IMG/VR virus record: IMGVR_UViG_3300031950_000001
Location: 1-64,000 of that record
DNA length: 64,000 bases
Reading direction: 5' to 3' (one strand)
Origin: a virus
The notes beneath the pieces were generated by a model. That model ran no database searches, was not told the origin of the DNA, and worked only from the letters and a program-made list of their open reading frames with translations. Within the stretch, counting starts at the first letter, position 1; each line of letters opens with the position of its first letter. Positions 38,919 through 49,239 of the stretch are shown piece by piece. The translations under genes were made by a program, and so were the position numbers.

Positions 38919-39000
38919 CGGTCGAATCCTGCCGTCTTTGTGAAATTTGATTCCGGAATCAAAATCATCGTTGTTTTTAGTTTGACGGGACAAGAAACGT

Positions 39001-39285
39001 ATGCGAATTGTACTCGACAATAAAGAATTTGAATGTAAGAAGTTCGTCGTATTCGACAAGTTTGGCAACGCGGTCGCTGCCGGATATGATCATGCTGATG
39101 TCCTCGTGTTTGATACATGTGCCGGCCCCGATTTTCCGAAAATTCTCTCCATTGTTGGCTATCCAGATCGTCTTCCAACACAGATCATTGATACAAAACC
39201 ATTAATACCGGAGCTTTCTCCTATCAAGCCTGACACAGGTGCCGACCATGCAGGAAACGACCATTGGACAACTCTTAATTTCTAG
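39001..39285 (+). CDS. Hypothetical protein
   Basis: 94-aa ORF overlapping the start of the RNAP beta'C gene. Confidence 0.6.
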   Translation: MRIVLDNKEFECKKFVVFDKFGNAVAAGYDHADVLVFDTCAGPDFPKILSIVGYPDRLPTQIIDTKPLIPELSPIKPDTGADHAGNDHWTTLNF

Positions 39286-41089
39286 TACCCTGCCGTCGGA
39301 TATTAAGCTTCCTGACGAAATCACAAAGAAGACGATCAATAGTTTCTATGGGGAGCTTGCTCGCAAATACCCCGATCGCTACGGCGAAATTACGAAAAAG
39401 TTAAATCAAATTGCCGTTCAGGCCCTTTATTCCAATGACGGCGCCTCGTTTAGCCTAGATGATCTTCGACCTCTTCCTTCTTCTTACTCTTATAGACCGG
39501 TTATTCTAAAAGAGATCGAGCAGATCGCGTCCAGCAAATTGCCGGATCGCGAAAAGCGCAAAAAAATCGCCGACGCCATTCTTCGTCATTCGCAAAATCT
39601 CCTTCAACTCACGCAAGACGAGGCCAAAGCCGCGAATAATCGATTCTACGAATATGTCTATTCCGGCGCTCGCGGTAATCCCGCCCAGCTTAAGCGGCTT
39701 ATTACGGGGGATACGGCCTACTTTGACCCCTCTGGAGAGGTAGTACCCTTCCCCGTTTTATCTGCGTATTCGGCAGGAGTACCTCCCGCAGAGTTTTGGG
39801 CTGCCTGCTATGGCGCCAGGAAGGGGCTAGCGGATACAAAGCTGGATGTAGCCAGAAGCGGTTATCTTGCCAAGCTTCTCAACCGTGCTACCCATCGGCT
39901 TGTTGTTATCGGCCACGACGCCAAAACAAAAACTCCTTATCCCATTGGTCTTCCTGTAGAGACTCAAGACCCTGATAATATCGGCGCATTTCTCGCACTT
40001 CCGGCAGGAAGATGGCCTGCCGGTACGGAGATAACACCGGCCGTTTATGAAGATCTAAAACGAGACGGTATCAAAAAGATCGTCGTTCGGAGTCCCATTG
40101 CCAGCCCTGCTGTTGATGGAATCTATGCCGTCGATGCCGGAATCCGCGAACATGGTCGTCTCCCCGAAATCGGTAGCATTCCTGGCATGGCGGCGGCCCA
40201 AGCAATCGGCGAACGACTAGCACAGACGTCCTTGAGCTCGAAGCATCTGGGAGGCGTTGTGAAGTTTAGCGGCTTTAGAGTGCTAGAACAGATGCTTAAT
40301 GTTCCGAAATTCTACGTTGGCGGCGCCATTCATAGCCAGGTCGACGGAAAAGTTCGATCTATAGACAAAAATGAAATTGGTCAATGGCGAATTGTAATCG
40401 GAGAACAAGAACATCTAGCACCTCCGTCCCATAAACCCATCGTCAAAGAGGGCGACGTTGTCGAAGCCGGAGACATACTAACGGAGGGTTTGCCCAACCC
40501 GGCAGAGGTAGTAAAGCACAAAGGGGTTGGCGAAGGACGTAGGGCATTTGTTAAAATGTTTTATGAGGCGATGCGTGACGCTGGTCAGCCGGTCCATCGT
40601 CGTAATGTCGAGCTTTTAGCCCGAGGTCTTATCGATCACGTTATTATAACCCAGCCGTTTGGGGGGTTCTATCTCGATGAAATCGTACCCTATGGCGAGG
40701 TTGCTAAGCGATGGACCCCCCGAAAGGGTAGTGTTCGAGTTCCTGTCGACAGCGCGTTAGGCTACTATCTTGAAGTACCCGTTCTTCACTACACGATAGG
40801 GACAAAGATAAAGCCTTCGGTTATCAAAGAGCTTAAAGAGGCGGGAATCAAAGATATTATCGTTCATAGCGATCCGCCTCCGTTTGAGTCATATATGGTT
40901 CGTGCAGCATCTTCGCTTGAGTTTGATCCCAACTGGATGACACGGTTGTTCGGCTCGAACCAAATTCGGGCCTTATTAAGCGCCGTCCGTCAAGGCGCTA
41001 CAGGTGAAATCTACGGTACTAGCTTTGTTCCTGCAAAAGCAATCGGGATTCCGTTGGGGCAGTGGATACGTGGAGTTGTAAATCGCTAA
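39248..41089 (+). CDS. Phage RNA polymerase beta' C-terminal half
   Basis: SGARGN, GARKGLADT..VARSGYL (bridge helix), AAQAIGERLAQ..L..KH.GG (trigger loop) and RRNVELL motifs. Confidence 0.93.
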   Translation: MQETTIGQLLISSTLPSDIKLPDEITKKTINSFYGELARKYPDRYGEITKKLNQIAVQALYSNDGASFSLDDLRPLPSSYSYRPVILKEIEQIASSKLPDREKRKKIADAILRHSQNLLQLTQDEAKAANNRFYEYVYSGARGNPAQLKRLITGDTAYFDPSGEVVPFPVLSAYSAGVPPAEFWAACYGARKGLADTKLDVARSGYLAKLLNRATHRLVVIGHDAKTKTPYPIGLPVETQDPDNIGAFLALPAGRWPAGTEITPAVYEDLKRDGIKKIVVRSPIASPAVDGIYAVDAGIREHGRLPEIGSIPGMAAAQAIGERLAQTSLSSKHLGGVVKFSGFRVLEQMLNVPKFYVGGAIHSQVDGKVRSIDKNEIGQWRIVIGEQEHLAPPSHKPIVKEGDVVEAGDILTEGLPNPAEVVKHKGVGEGRRAFVKMFYEAMRDAGQPVHRRNVELLARGLIDHVIITQPFGGFYLDEIVPYGEVAKRWTPRKGSVRVPVDSALGYYLEVPVLHYTIGTKIKPSVIKELKEAGIKDIIVHSDPPPFESYMVRAASSLEFDPNWMTRLFGSNQIRALLSAVRQGATGEIYGTSFVPAKAIGIPLGQWIRGVVNR

Positions 41090-41130
41090 AAAATTTGATT
41101 CCGGAATCAAATTTTTTCGAGATTTGAGCC

Positions 41131-41985
41131 GTGAATATCAGAAAACTCGACCTTGGGCGATCGAATCGCGCGCTAAACGCCGTGGAAGCCAGGATTCGTT
41201 GCCTTATTAAGACCGCCCAAACATCGGAAGAAAAAGATACGCCTTGGATGAAGCTACTGAACTATCTGCAAAGTAAGCCAATACTGGTACCATTTTTGCG
41301 AATGAAGCTTAACAGTCTTGACATGGAACAAAATGAACGTCAAAAGCTTCTGGATTCTATTGCCAAATATGGACTGTTTAAAGTTGTAGACGAGGAGGTT
41401 CTCAACAGTATGGTTGACGCTCTATACAAGAATAATCAGTTAAAAGATAAATTCGTGAAGGCCGTGCGGGCCAGCGATAGTCTGCCCGAAGGTGCGAAAA
41501 CCGCGTTGTTAGATGCGCTTGAATGGCGCCTGAACCAAATGCGTCAGCAACAAAATCGAACGCAGCCCGCGCAACAAGATATGTTGCAACCTGGTCCGTC
41601 ACAGCCACAGCCAGCGCAAGATGTCGAGAAGCGTCTTCAGTTGATGATGCGTGGTTTCGATACGGATTTCTATTACGATCCCGTCGGATCGTGTTACTGG
41701 CTACGCTATCGTAATGGGCTGTGGATCGGGTTTGTGCCTGCGGTTCCAGATAGCTCAAGACGTCTTACGGTCGTAGAGGATTCGAAACATGTAACTACCT
41801 ATCGCGACAACGCTACAGGCCATCATTGGGTACAACTTCCGAACGACCAATGGTACATAGTTAGTATCCCAATGCGGCAACCTAGCTATACTCAGTTTGA
41901 TCCGCAAAAAGCTTTGGGGCCACTGCCAGGAGCTAAGTCGACTCAACCAAACATCCAACAGCCTGTCCTTACGCAGCCAAAATAA
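41131..41985 (+). CDS. Leader family L3 protein
   Basis: MNIRKLDLGRSNRALNAVEARIRCLIKTA|Q. Confidence 0.8.
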   Translation: MNIRKLDLGRSNRALNAVEARIRCLIKTAQTSEEKDTPWMKLLNYLQSKPILVPFLRMKLNSLDMEQNERQKLLDSIAKYGLFKVVDEEVLNSMVDALYKNNQLKDKFVKAVRASDSLPEGAKTALLDALEWRLNQMRQQQNRTQPAQQDMLQPGPSQPQPAQDVEKRLQLMMRGFDTDFYYDPVGSCYWLRYRNGLWIGFVPAVPDSSRRLTVVEDSKHVTTYRDNATGHHWVQLPNDQWYIVSIPMRQPSYTQFDPQKALGPLPGAKSTQPNIQQPVLTQPK

Positions 41986-42088
41986 ACACAAAACCGTCGA
42001 GAAACGTAACGCACGTAACGTCGGGTCGCATTTGATTAAGGAAATTGAAAAATTTGATTCCGGAATCAAAATTTTGAGGTCGCTGTCG

Positions 42089-43021
42089 ATGAACGTCCGA
42101 AAGCACTATTTAGGTCGATCGAATCGTAACTTAAACGCACTCGAAGCCAGGATTCGTCTTCTTATTAAGAGGGCCCAACGGTTTGATCTAGACGAAATGC
42201 GGAACACTTTAGTGACACGTCTGGCACAGCAACGTTGGAGAATAACTGACTTCCTCCGTAATCTTGTGGCAAACGACGCAATCAGCAAGGAGGATGCTCA
42301 AAGACTTTTGAACTATCTTACGAATACATATAGATTTTATGGTACTGACCTTGTAAATCGCAAGGTTATTGATGTCATAATGGATTTCATGCAAAGACAA
42401 TCGCCCGAGAGCCAAAGGGCGTTTATCGCCGGTCTGGAGAAGTTGATGTCCAATTTAATTGGCATGCCGCCAAATGAGCAAGAGAACGTGTTAGATATGG
42501 TTCGTCAAGGCATATCGCCCAGCCAGCCGGATCAACAAAGCCTGCTGGATCGACAGGATCAGCCGCAGATCGGGGAGCCTCTCACCATGATTCCGCTTGG
42601 TCAGAATCGATGGCTCTTCCTAAGCAAAAACAGAGCCGATGCGGCTTGGATGGGAGGTCCGAACAAATACTTGACCCCAGTCGATCACCAATATGTGGTT
42701 GAGCTGTTGAAACAACAGCCAAACCTAAGGAAACAAGCCAAGAATGTTATTTTTGAGTATCGTTCGCCATATCACCCTGTATACTTCGTTCGCGAGCAAG
42801 CTACTGGAAAGTCGTTTTCGATACCTTCGGAGGAACAAATTCGCCAATACCTTCCTGGCTACACGCCTCAACAGCCGACTCAGCAAAATATGCAGCCGTT
42901 TGCCCCTAGACCAACTCAGCAAAATACGTCGCCGTTTGCCCCTGAGACGATGCAACCACCTATTCCTGGACGGACTCAACAACGGCCAAATGCTGGAAAA
43001 CGTGGCGCTCCGTCTTATTAG
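42089..43021 (+). CDS. Leader family L3 protein
   Basis: MNVRKHYLGRSNRNLNALEARIRLLIKRA|Q; start corrected from the ORF track. Confidence 0.8.
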   Translation: MNVRKHYLGRSNRNLNALEARIRLLIKRAQRFDLDEMRNTLVTRLAQQRWRITDFLRNLVANDAISKEDAQRLLNYLTNTYRFYGTDLVNRKVIDVIMDFMQRQSPESQRAFIAGLEKLMSNLIGMPPNEQENVLDMVRQGISPSQPDQQSLLDRQDQPQIGEPLTMIPLGQNRWLFLSKNRADAAWMGGPNKYLTPVDHQYVVELLKQQPNLRKQAKNVIFEYRSPYHPVYFVREQATGKSFSIPSEEQIRQYLPGYTPQQPTQQNMQPFAPRPTQQNTSPFAPETMQPPIPGRTQQRPNAGKRGAPSY

Positions 43022-43087
43022 TCACAAAACGATAGTTGAAAAACGAGATTTTTTTGATTCCGTAATCAAATCTTGAGGGCTCGACCA

Positions 43088-45376
43088 ATGAACGTCAGAA
43101 ACCTCTATTTCGATCGATTAAATCGTAAATTAAACGCAATCGAGGACAGTATTCGTCTTGTAAAGAGGGCGCAAGGAGCTGACCAGAAGGACCCATGGAA
43201 AATTTTGGATAGCTATCTAAAGGCGCATGAGATGAAGGTAAGGGACCTGCTCGATAAGGTCCAGCAGAAATACGGGCAAACCGGCGCGACAATGCTTCAG
43301 CGATTTCTTGAAAATAACGGGATCAAGCCCGACACTTCCTTATCTTCGGATCTTACGCAGAAAATTCTTAACCTTATACGATCGAAACAAGAGTACAAAT
43401 TCGCTCTTGACGCCGTGCCTGCTATAGTGGATGCGTTGTTGAAGGACATGCCGAAAAATGAACGAAAGATCGTGACAAATGCGGTTAAAGCGCATATATC
43501 CGCTCCGCAGACCAGACAGCCAGCTCAACAGCCAGCTCAACAGAACGCCGCACAGCCAAGTCCGCAGGCTCAACAAACGCAAAAGGCTAGGGAGCGCCTT
43601 GTTCCAGTTCAGCTTTCGCCGGACGGAAAGGGCGGCGTCTATCACGACCCAGAAACGGGCTATTATTGGGCACTTTTTCCAGATGAAAGAAAGGTCTGGG
43701 TCTCCCCAGACGAAATGGCGAAGACGATAAACGCTAGGGAAATGAGCAAAAATCGACCTTGGTTCCAGCAGATTATGTCAAATCCGCACTATACGGATAG
43801 GAGCAAAGTCCTCGAAGATCAAGGAATGACAGAGGACGCAGAGCGAATGTTCAAGTTTCATCTCCAACAATTTGCGCCCAGGAGCTTTGATCCGAATCGG
43901 ACGGCGCTACTACGCGCCCGAGCGGCGGAGTTTGCAGAGGTTCGCGACGGTAAAAAGGTTATAACAGGCAATAGCGTAAAAGCCGCAATAGTGGCAGATT
44001 ACCTAATACAGCGTGGTAGGGGTTTGGCACATGAAGACGAGGTGTTTAGAAATCCTGCTACAGCGGGCTGGCCGACCAATATGCCGCCGCGTACGAAAGA
44101 ACAACAGGCGAAGCGCATAGCCGAATCGGTTACGAGCTCGGTAGAGCGCTTTGAAGATATTCGAAATACGCTTCTTGGTCTGTCACCTGAACTTCGCCTA
44201 CGGGTTTGGAGTTCGCTTCCGAAGGAGACTCGACAGCAACTGCTAAAAGCGTATAGAGACTTGGATTATAAAACATTTGGCCGCGGTTACATCGAGGAAA
44301 GATGGAAGAGAATAAAATCGGATATAGTGAAATGGGGGATTATACCAGTCCCGCCCGAGCAGAAACCGCCAGAAGGGCCCCCGCCCGAGCAGAAGCAGCC
44401 TCCAGCGCCCCCGCCGAATCCGTTCGACGAGCCCCAGCCAGAGCAGAAGCAGCCTCCAGTACCTCCGCCAGAGCAGAAGCAGCCTCCAGTGCCTCCGCCG
44501 ACGCCCGAGCAGAAACCGCCAGAAGGGCCCCCGCCCGAGCGGAAGCAGCCTCCAGCGCCTCCGCCACCTGCTGACCAATCGTATGCCCTAACGTATCCCT
44601 TTGCGCCTCGCGAGCCAGGCACAATTGGATCAGTTGGTGAACAGATTACTGTACCGCCGTCGCTCTTATCGGGGTGGCCAGAGTCGAACAAGCCTGCCTT
44701 TCCGAATTATCCGTATAGAGTAGTAGAATCGAATCCCACTGAAGGGCTTGGTCTGCCTAACGCCTTAACGCAGCCGCAAAAACCCTTATCACAGATATTT
44801 GAGTCTACACTCGGTCCTTTGCCGCCCCCGTCGAACAAGCCTACCGTTCCGAATTACCCGTATCGAGTCGTAGAATCGAATCCCACTGAAGGGCTTGGTC
44901 TGCCTAACGCCTTAACGCAGCCGCAAAAACCCTTATCACAGATATTTGAGTCTACACTCGGTCCTTTGCCGTCTGAGTCGAAGAAGACGCCTGCACCAAC
45001 GTATCCCTTTGCATCTCAAACACCGGGCACAATTGGATCAGTTGGGGAACAGATTACTGTGCCGCCGTCGCTCTTATCGGGGCGGCCTGCGTCGAATGCC
45101 AGCCTATCTGGTCTGCCTGCTGCTGGGCAATCGTCCGCACCAACGTATCCCTTTGCATCTCAAACACCGGGCACAATTGGATCAGTTGGGGAACAGATTA
45201 CTGTGCCGCCGTCGCTCGTATCGGGGTGGCCAGAGTCGAATGCCAGCCCGTTTGGTTCGCCTGCTGCTGGTCGGCCATCCATACCGACGTATCCATATTC
45301 GCCTCTAGAATCGAGTCCACCAGGAACGATTGGTCGACCGAGCGTTATACCACCTGCGCTACCGCTAATTTATTGA
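43088..45376 (+). CDS. Leader family L3 protein with Pro-rich repetitive C-terminus
   Basis: MNVRNLYFDRLNRKLNAIEDSIRLVKRA|Q; PPPEQKQ repeats, a 147-bp tandem duplication and three PGTIGSVGEQITVPPSL units. Confidence 0.8.
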   Translation: MNVRNLYFDRLNRKLNAIEDSIRLVKRAQGADQKDPWKILDSYLKAHEMKVRDLLDKVQQKYGQTGATMLQRFLENNGIKPDTSLSSDLTQKILNLIRSKQEYKFALDAVPAIVDALLKDMPKNERKIVTNAVKAHISAPQTRQPAQQPAQQNAAQPSPQAQQTQKARERLVPVQLSPDGKGGVYHDPETGYYWALFPDERKVWVSPDEMAKTINAREMSKNRPWFQQIMSNPHYTDRSKVLEDQGMTEDAERMFKFHLQQFAPRSFDPNRTALLRARAAEFAEVRDGKKVITGNSVKAAIVADYLIQRGRGLAHEDEVFRNPATAGWPTNMPPRTKEQQAKRIAESVTSSVERFEDIRNTLLGLSPELRLRVWSSLPKETRQQLLKAYRDLDYKTFGRGYIEERWKRIKSDIVKWGIIPVPPEQKPPEGPPPEQKQPPAPPPNPFDEPQPEQKQPPVPPPEQKQPPVPPPTPEQKPPEGPPPERKQPPAPPPPADQSYALTYPFAPREPGTIGSVGEQITVPPSLLSGWPESNKPAFPNYPYRVVESNPTEGLGLPNALTQPQKPLSQIFESTLGPLPPPSNKPTVPNYPYRVVESNPTEGLGLPNALTQPQKPLSQIFESTLGPLPSESKKTPAPTYPFASQTPGTIGSVGEQITVPPSLLSGRPASNASLSGLPAAGQSSAPTYPFASQTPGTIGSVGEQITVPPSLVSGWPESNASPFGSPAAGRPSIPTYPYSPLESSPPGTIGRPSVIPPALPLIY

Positions 45377-45416
45377 GTGGGCCGTCACGCACCTGTTTCT
45401 ATGAGGAGGTAGAGCG

Positions 45417-45746
45417 TTGGCTTTTCTAACTTTTTCTTCGGCAAATGACGAATATTTGATTGTTTTCTGGAAAGATGAGTCGACACCTCTATTGGTGTTT
45501 GAAATCGCCTCCGGCAGCGGGATGGTGGCCAAATGCGTTCCCAATTCGGAACCAAACTCATTTGTGATGGATATTATCGGAGGAATAAAGCGAAATAGTC
45601 CGAAATCGATACGCGTAGATATCGATAATGACAACATGAAGTATTATGGTCCTTTGCTGGACGAGTTCATAGAGGAACTGACTGGCGGTGAAATCAAGGC
45701 CGATTCGACAAGCAAAGGTACCAATACTCAGTCCTCTGCTAGTTAA
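45417..45746 (+). CDS. Hypothetical protein, paralog of the next gene
   Basis: TPL..FE and GGIK.NS...IRV.ID..N..Y.GP..DE.IE.LTG are shared. Confidence 0.75.
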   Translation: MAFLTFSSANDEYLIVFWKDESTPLLVFEIASGSGMVAKCVPNSEPNSFVMDIIGGIKRNSPKSIRVDIDNDNMKYYGPLLDEFIEELTGGEIKADSTSKGTNTQSSAS

Positions 45747-45782
45747 ACGTGAACGGTTTCCGGTGTCTGTTTCTTTAAGGAG

Positions 45783-46139
45783 TTGGTCGTGCTCTTTATC
45801 GACATTTATTCGGAAAAAGACGGGTTTGTCGTTATTATTCGGAAAGATAAGTTGACCCCTCTAGTGGCGTTTGAAACTGACGGCACTAGCTTTGTTGTGC
45901 ACAAGTACGTTTGGGGTCCCGGAAGAAAAAAGATTGAGTTTACGCCGAACGCTTTAGGCGGAATCAAGCTAAATAGCTCACAGGCCATACGAGTCGAGAT
46001 CGATGACGCGAACGTGGTATATATTGGCCCTACTATGGACGAACTCATTGAGGCCCTAACCGGTGTCAAAATTCGACCGAAAGAATCCCAAAATGGAGCT
46101 GATTCTGAAACTTGCAAAGATCGGCGAGCAGATTCATAA
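45783..46139 (+). CDS. Hypothetical protein, paralog of the previous gene
   Basis: Shares the same motifs; AAGGAG RBS. Confidence 0.75.
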   Translation: MVVLFIDIYSEKDGFVVIIRKDKLTPLVAFETDGTSFVVHKYVWGPGRKKIEFTPNALGGIKLNSSQAIRVEIDDANVVYIGPTMDELIEALTGVKIRPKESQNGADSETCKDRRADS

Positions 46140-46323
46140 CGGCAATTCGACGCCGGAAGGTATCGAAGAGTTTTTGGCGCTTTCGGAGGAACGTCTTAAA
46201 GAGCTCCACAAGCAAGTTGCCGAGTTCTATCAGTCTGGAAATCTTGAAGACTGGAAAACCTATTATTTTGCGCGACTTTGTCTTCAATCGATCTTCCGGC
46301 GTCGTTCAGGCCGTCATCCTTAA
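46093..46323 (+). CDS. Hypothetical small protein
   Basis: MELILKLA|K..., helical 76-aa ORF. Confidence 0.5.
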   Translation: MELILKLAKIGEQIHNGNSTPEGIEEFLALSEERLKELHKQVAEFYQSGNLEDWKTYYFARLCLQSIFRRRSGRHP

Positions 46324-46490
46324 CGCGCCGTTCCACCGTCAAAATTTTTGATTCCGGAATCAAAAATTTTTGGTTTATCCCCCTATATAGGGGGTTATCG
46401 CTAAAAATTTGATTCCGGAATCAAATTTCGCGAACCTGTTCGATACAAAAGACGTCGTTATCATGCATCAAAGGACTCGGATTTCCCGGA

Positions 46491-46523
46491 TCTGCCGCGG
46501 TTTCGGCAGGTTTGGTAAACCAG
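46491..46523 (+). mobile_element. Isolated right-end remnant of the TnpB-derived element
   Basis: ctgccgcggtttcggcaggtttggtaaaccag matches the ends at 2066, 32304 and 37144. Confidence 0.6.
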
Positions 46524-46566
46524 TACTTCATGTGGTACAATAACTTGGAGAGAGGAGGGCTGCAAA

Positions 46567-47049
46567 ATGGGCGATATTATTAAAGATTTGAAGCAGGCTT
46601 TTATGACCTTTATGGAAATCATGCGTCTAATGGCTGGCTATTTTTTAGCAATGATCTGCAGCCTCCTGCAAACCATTTTTGGCTATCCAAGTCCCGACTC
46701 TCGCCTGAGCTACAACGCATTTTTGCGGAGATATGGAACCGATCCGACACTTTCCGATATTGCCGATATGCTCCTTGCGGGTCTTAGAACGGTGGTTTTA
46801 GCCTTTCTGGCGTTCGTATCCTGGATTGCCTTGACCCTTTTTCATATCTACGCGAATATTCGAGATGCCATTTTAGCGCTACTAAAGCGAAAAACCTATA
46901 AAGCCGAACGGACCGGCGGGGTTATTGTTAATGTAATTGTGAACGTCGTCATTTCGGTAGGTATTATCGTTCTCGGGCTGTTGGGGACATTACTGTACTT
47001 GCTCGTTCGTCTGATCTCCGAGCTCCTCAAAAAGATACGGAAACAGTAA
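46567..47049 (+). CDS. Membrane protein with three hydrophobic segments
   Basis: GGAGG RBS; three TM-like helices and a basic tail. Confidence 0.7.
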   Translation: MGDIIKDLKQAFMTFMEIMRLMAGYFLAMICSLLQTIFGYPSPDSRLSYNAFLRRYGTDPTLSDIADMLLAGLRTVVLAFLAFVSWIALTLFHIYANIRDAILALLKRKTYKAERTGGVIVNVIVNVVISVGIIVLGLLGTLLYLLVRLISELLKKIRKQ

Positions 47050-47051
47050 AC

Positions 47052-49232
47052 ATGAGCAGCTACATGAAAAGCAAAGCTCTGCTTCAGAAACTGGCCGGCC
47101 TGAAAGGCGTTAAACGGGCTGACGACCTTTCGAGCACGAACGAGTTCGAGAAGGCATTCTCGAATCTCGCCCTGGCTGTTACGATGGACCAATTTCCGCA
47201 ACTATCTGAGCGGATTCTTGGTTTCCAGACTATCGAAAAAAGCGAAGACGAGCGCAAAGCCGTCGGCGTACTGGGTCTGGATCTAGGCGGAAAGCTGGCC
47301 CTAGCGCCGTTTTTCTTCAATAAAGGCGAGCTTGTTGGCAGCGAACTTCTGTGGTTGGCGGATGGGAACGTCTTTGTGCCCAAGATTCCTGAATGGATCG
47401 ACCATCTTGTAATGCATCACAATATGCCGATGGGCACCCTTATTTCCGAAAATATCCGCCCGATTCAGCCAACAATGGATTTTCTGCGCTTCCTTCCCAC
47501 AAAAGCGGCAAGCGCAGATTGGCTCGTTAATTACCTGCCCGATATTGCGTATGCGCGACTGCATCCGCCGGGACTTAAGGGCGTCGACCTTGAGGGGGCT
47601 ATCCGTCGCAATCCTGCGCTTGCGAAGGCGTTCATTAAGCTCAGTGAAGCGTGGCCTGCAATTAAGCTCTATAAGCAATACGGTGTCCAGAGACTTCTCA
47701 ATGTTGCTGAAGAGTCGGCCCAGCGGGGTGAATCGGTTCTTTATGAACCGATCAAACGACAACGAGTAAAAACGGCCGCAGTTGAGATTATTACCAATCT
47801 CGACGTAGATGACCCCCGGCTCTCGGTCGAAGATCGCCTGAAAATCAAGAAAGACGGTTATCTCGTCATCGACCGACGGAAATCTTTTGCCAAATATGCA
47901 AAAGTCGAGGACGTTGAAGCCACCGTTCGAGAACAGATTCAAGTAAACGTAACCGAGCCGGGCGTCTATAAAGTATTGTCGGAAAAGGACGGAAAGTTCC
48001 ACCGTGCCCTGGTTATCCCGTATCGTGCCGATCTACGAAACGACCGTGCGCGTAAGCCCGATTTTTACCCGACAAGATACGAAACGGACCGTCTATCTAA
48101 GGTTTACGTGAAGTTTCTCGATGGCGACGAGGAGTACATGTGCCATCCGCAAGACGTAGCCGTTCTTGTGGGAAGCAAGGAGAGCGACGAGGCGTTTCAG
48201 CGAGCGCTTAAGAACAATAGTGTTTCCGCTAAGAAGACGTCGGGCCGTCACCTTATTGTTGATAAATCGGGCAACGTCATCCATGTTTTTCAGTATGATG
48301 ACGAGCTTGTACTCGCCGACGGCGACCGTCCGGGGCAGGAAGTCGTCGTTATCATTACCGAGACGCCTACGGGTAATATTGTGTTCGGCCGTAAGCGGGT
48401 GTTCGTTCCGCCGGATGCGCGGATGATCAATCTTGCCAAAGTCAAACAAAAATCCCCTTCTGGGGGGCCTGATCTCCTCGCTAAACGGGTAGCAAATGGC
48501 GATTTTGATCAACTTACGGTCATTAAATTCAATGACGATCATTTCGCCATCAACGGTCGGCACAAAAACAAGCGGGAAGCCGTTAGTGAGCTTCTCATCG
48601 TTTACGGTCTTAATGAGAAAGGGGCTGAGGAAATCCTCCGTACATCCCGCTCCAGTGGAACTCGGTGGATTGTCTCAAAGACTGCCGAGCAGATTTCGCT
48701 CGATCCCAAGCTTACGCCTGCACCCGGTTTTGTCGAACCTGCTGGCGTTCCTGATATGTTCCTGGGTTCTCAAACCCCTACAAAGCCGGCTCTTTCATAT
48801 ATGGTTTCTGTATCCTCGGTCAGAGGAATTATGCCTGTTCGTCGGCGGGCGAACGAGCCGATCAACCCTGAGCTTGTAAAAGCCGTCCAAGAGGCCGCCC
48901 AAACCGGCCAGAAAGAAGTTTTCGATACAACTACGCTTTCGTCCTTGCTTTCCATTGCCGATGACCGGGAGATTATCGACAAGCATCTTCCCGACGTCCT
49001 CCAGGCGGTTGATGCTCTTGGGCGTATCCTCTTTGCGTTCTATTGGCATAGCGACGAGTTTGAACGGCGCTATGGTCAATATGACGTCGAACGGATCAAG
49101 AATATGCTCTCGGCGCAGTTCAAACAGCTTGGGAAACTGTCGGTTATGCTCAAGGAACAGCAGCAAACGGCAATGACACGCCATATCGATGAGGGTACTG
49201 GTGAATTTGGTTCGGCTAGGGAATTAGGATAA
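47052..49232 (+). CDS. Large putative head protein with multiple K-x-A sites
   Basis: VKRA, TKAA, VKTA and SKTA sites; located in the head module. Confidence 0.6.
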   Translation: MSSYMKSKALLQKLAGLKGVKRADDLSSTNEFEKAFSNLALAVTMDQFPQLSERILGFQTIEKSEDERKAVGVLGLDLGGKLALAPFFFNKGELVGSELLWLADGNVFVPKIPEWIDHLVMHHNMPMGTLISENIRPIQPTMDFLRFLPTKAASADWLVNYLPDIAYARLHPPGLKGVDLEGAIRRNPALAKAFIKLSEAWPAIKLYKQYGVQRLLNVAEESAQRGESVLYEPIKRQRVKTAAVEIITNLDVDDPRLSVEDRLKIKKDGYLVIDRRKSFAKYAKVEDVEATVREQIQVNVTEPGVYKVLSEKDGKFHRALVIPYRADLRNDRARKPDFYPTRYETDRLSKVYVKFLDGDEEYMCHPQDVAVLVGSKESDEAFQRALKNNSVSAKKTSGRHLIVDKSGNVIHVFQYDDELVLADGDRPGQEVVVIITETPTGNIVFGRKRVFVPPDARMINLAKVKQKSPSGGPDLLAKRVANGDFDQLTVIKFNDDHFAINGRHKNKREAVSELLIVYGLNEKGAEEILRTSRSSGTRWIVSKTAEQISLDPKLTPAPGFVEPAGVPDMFLGSQTPTKPALSYMVSVSSVRGIMPVRRRANEPINPELVKAVQEAAQTGQKEVFDTTTLSSLLSIADDREIIDKHLPDVLQAVDALGRILFAFYWHSDEFERRYGQYDVERIKNMLSAQFKQLGKLSVMLKEQQQTAMTRHIDEGTGEFGSARELG

Positions 49233-49239
49233 GTAGACC

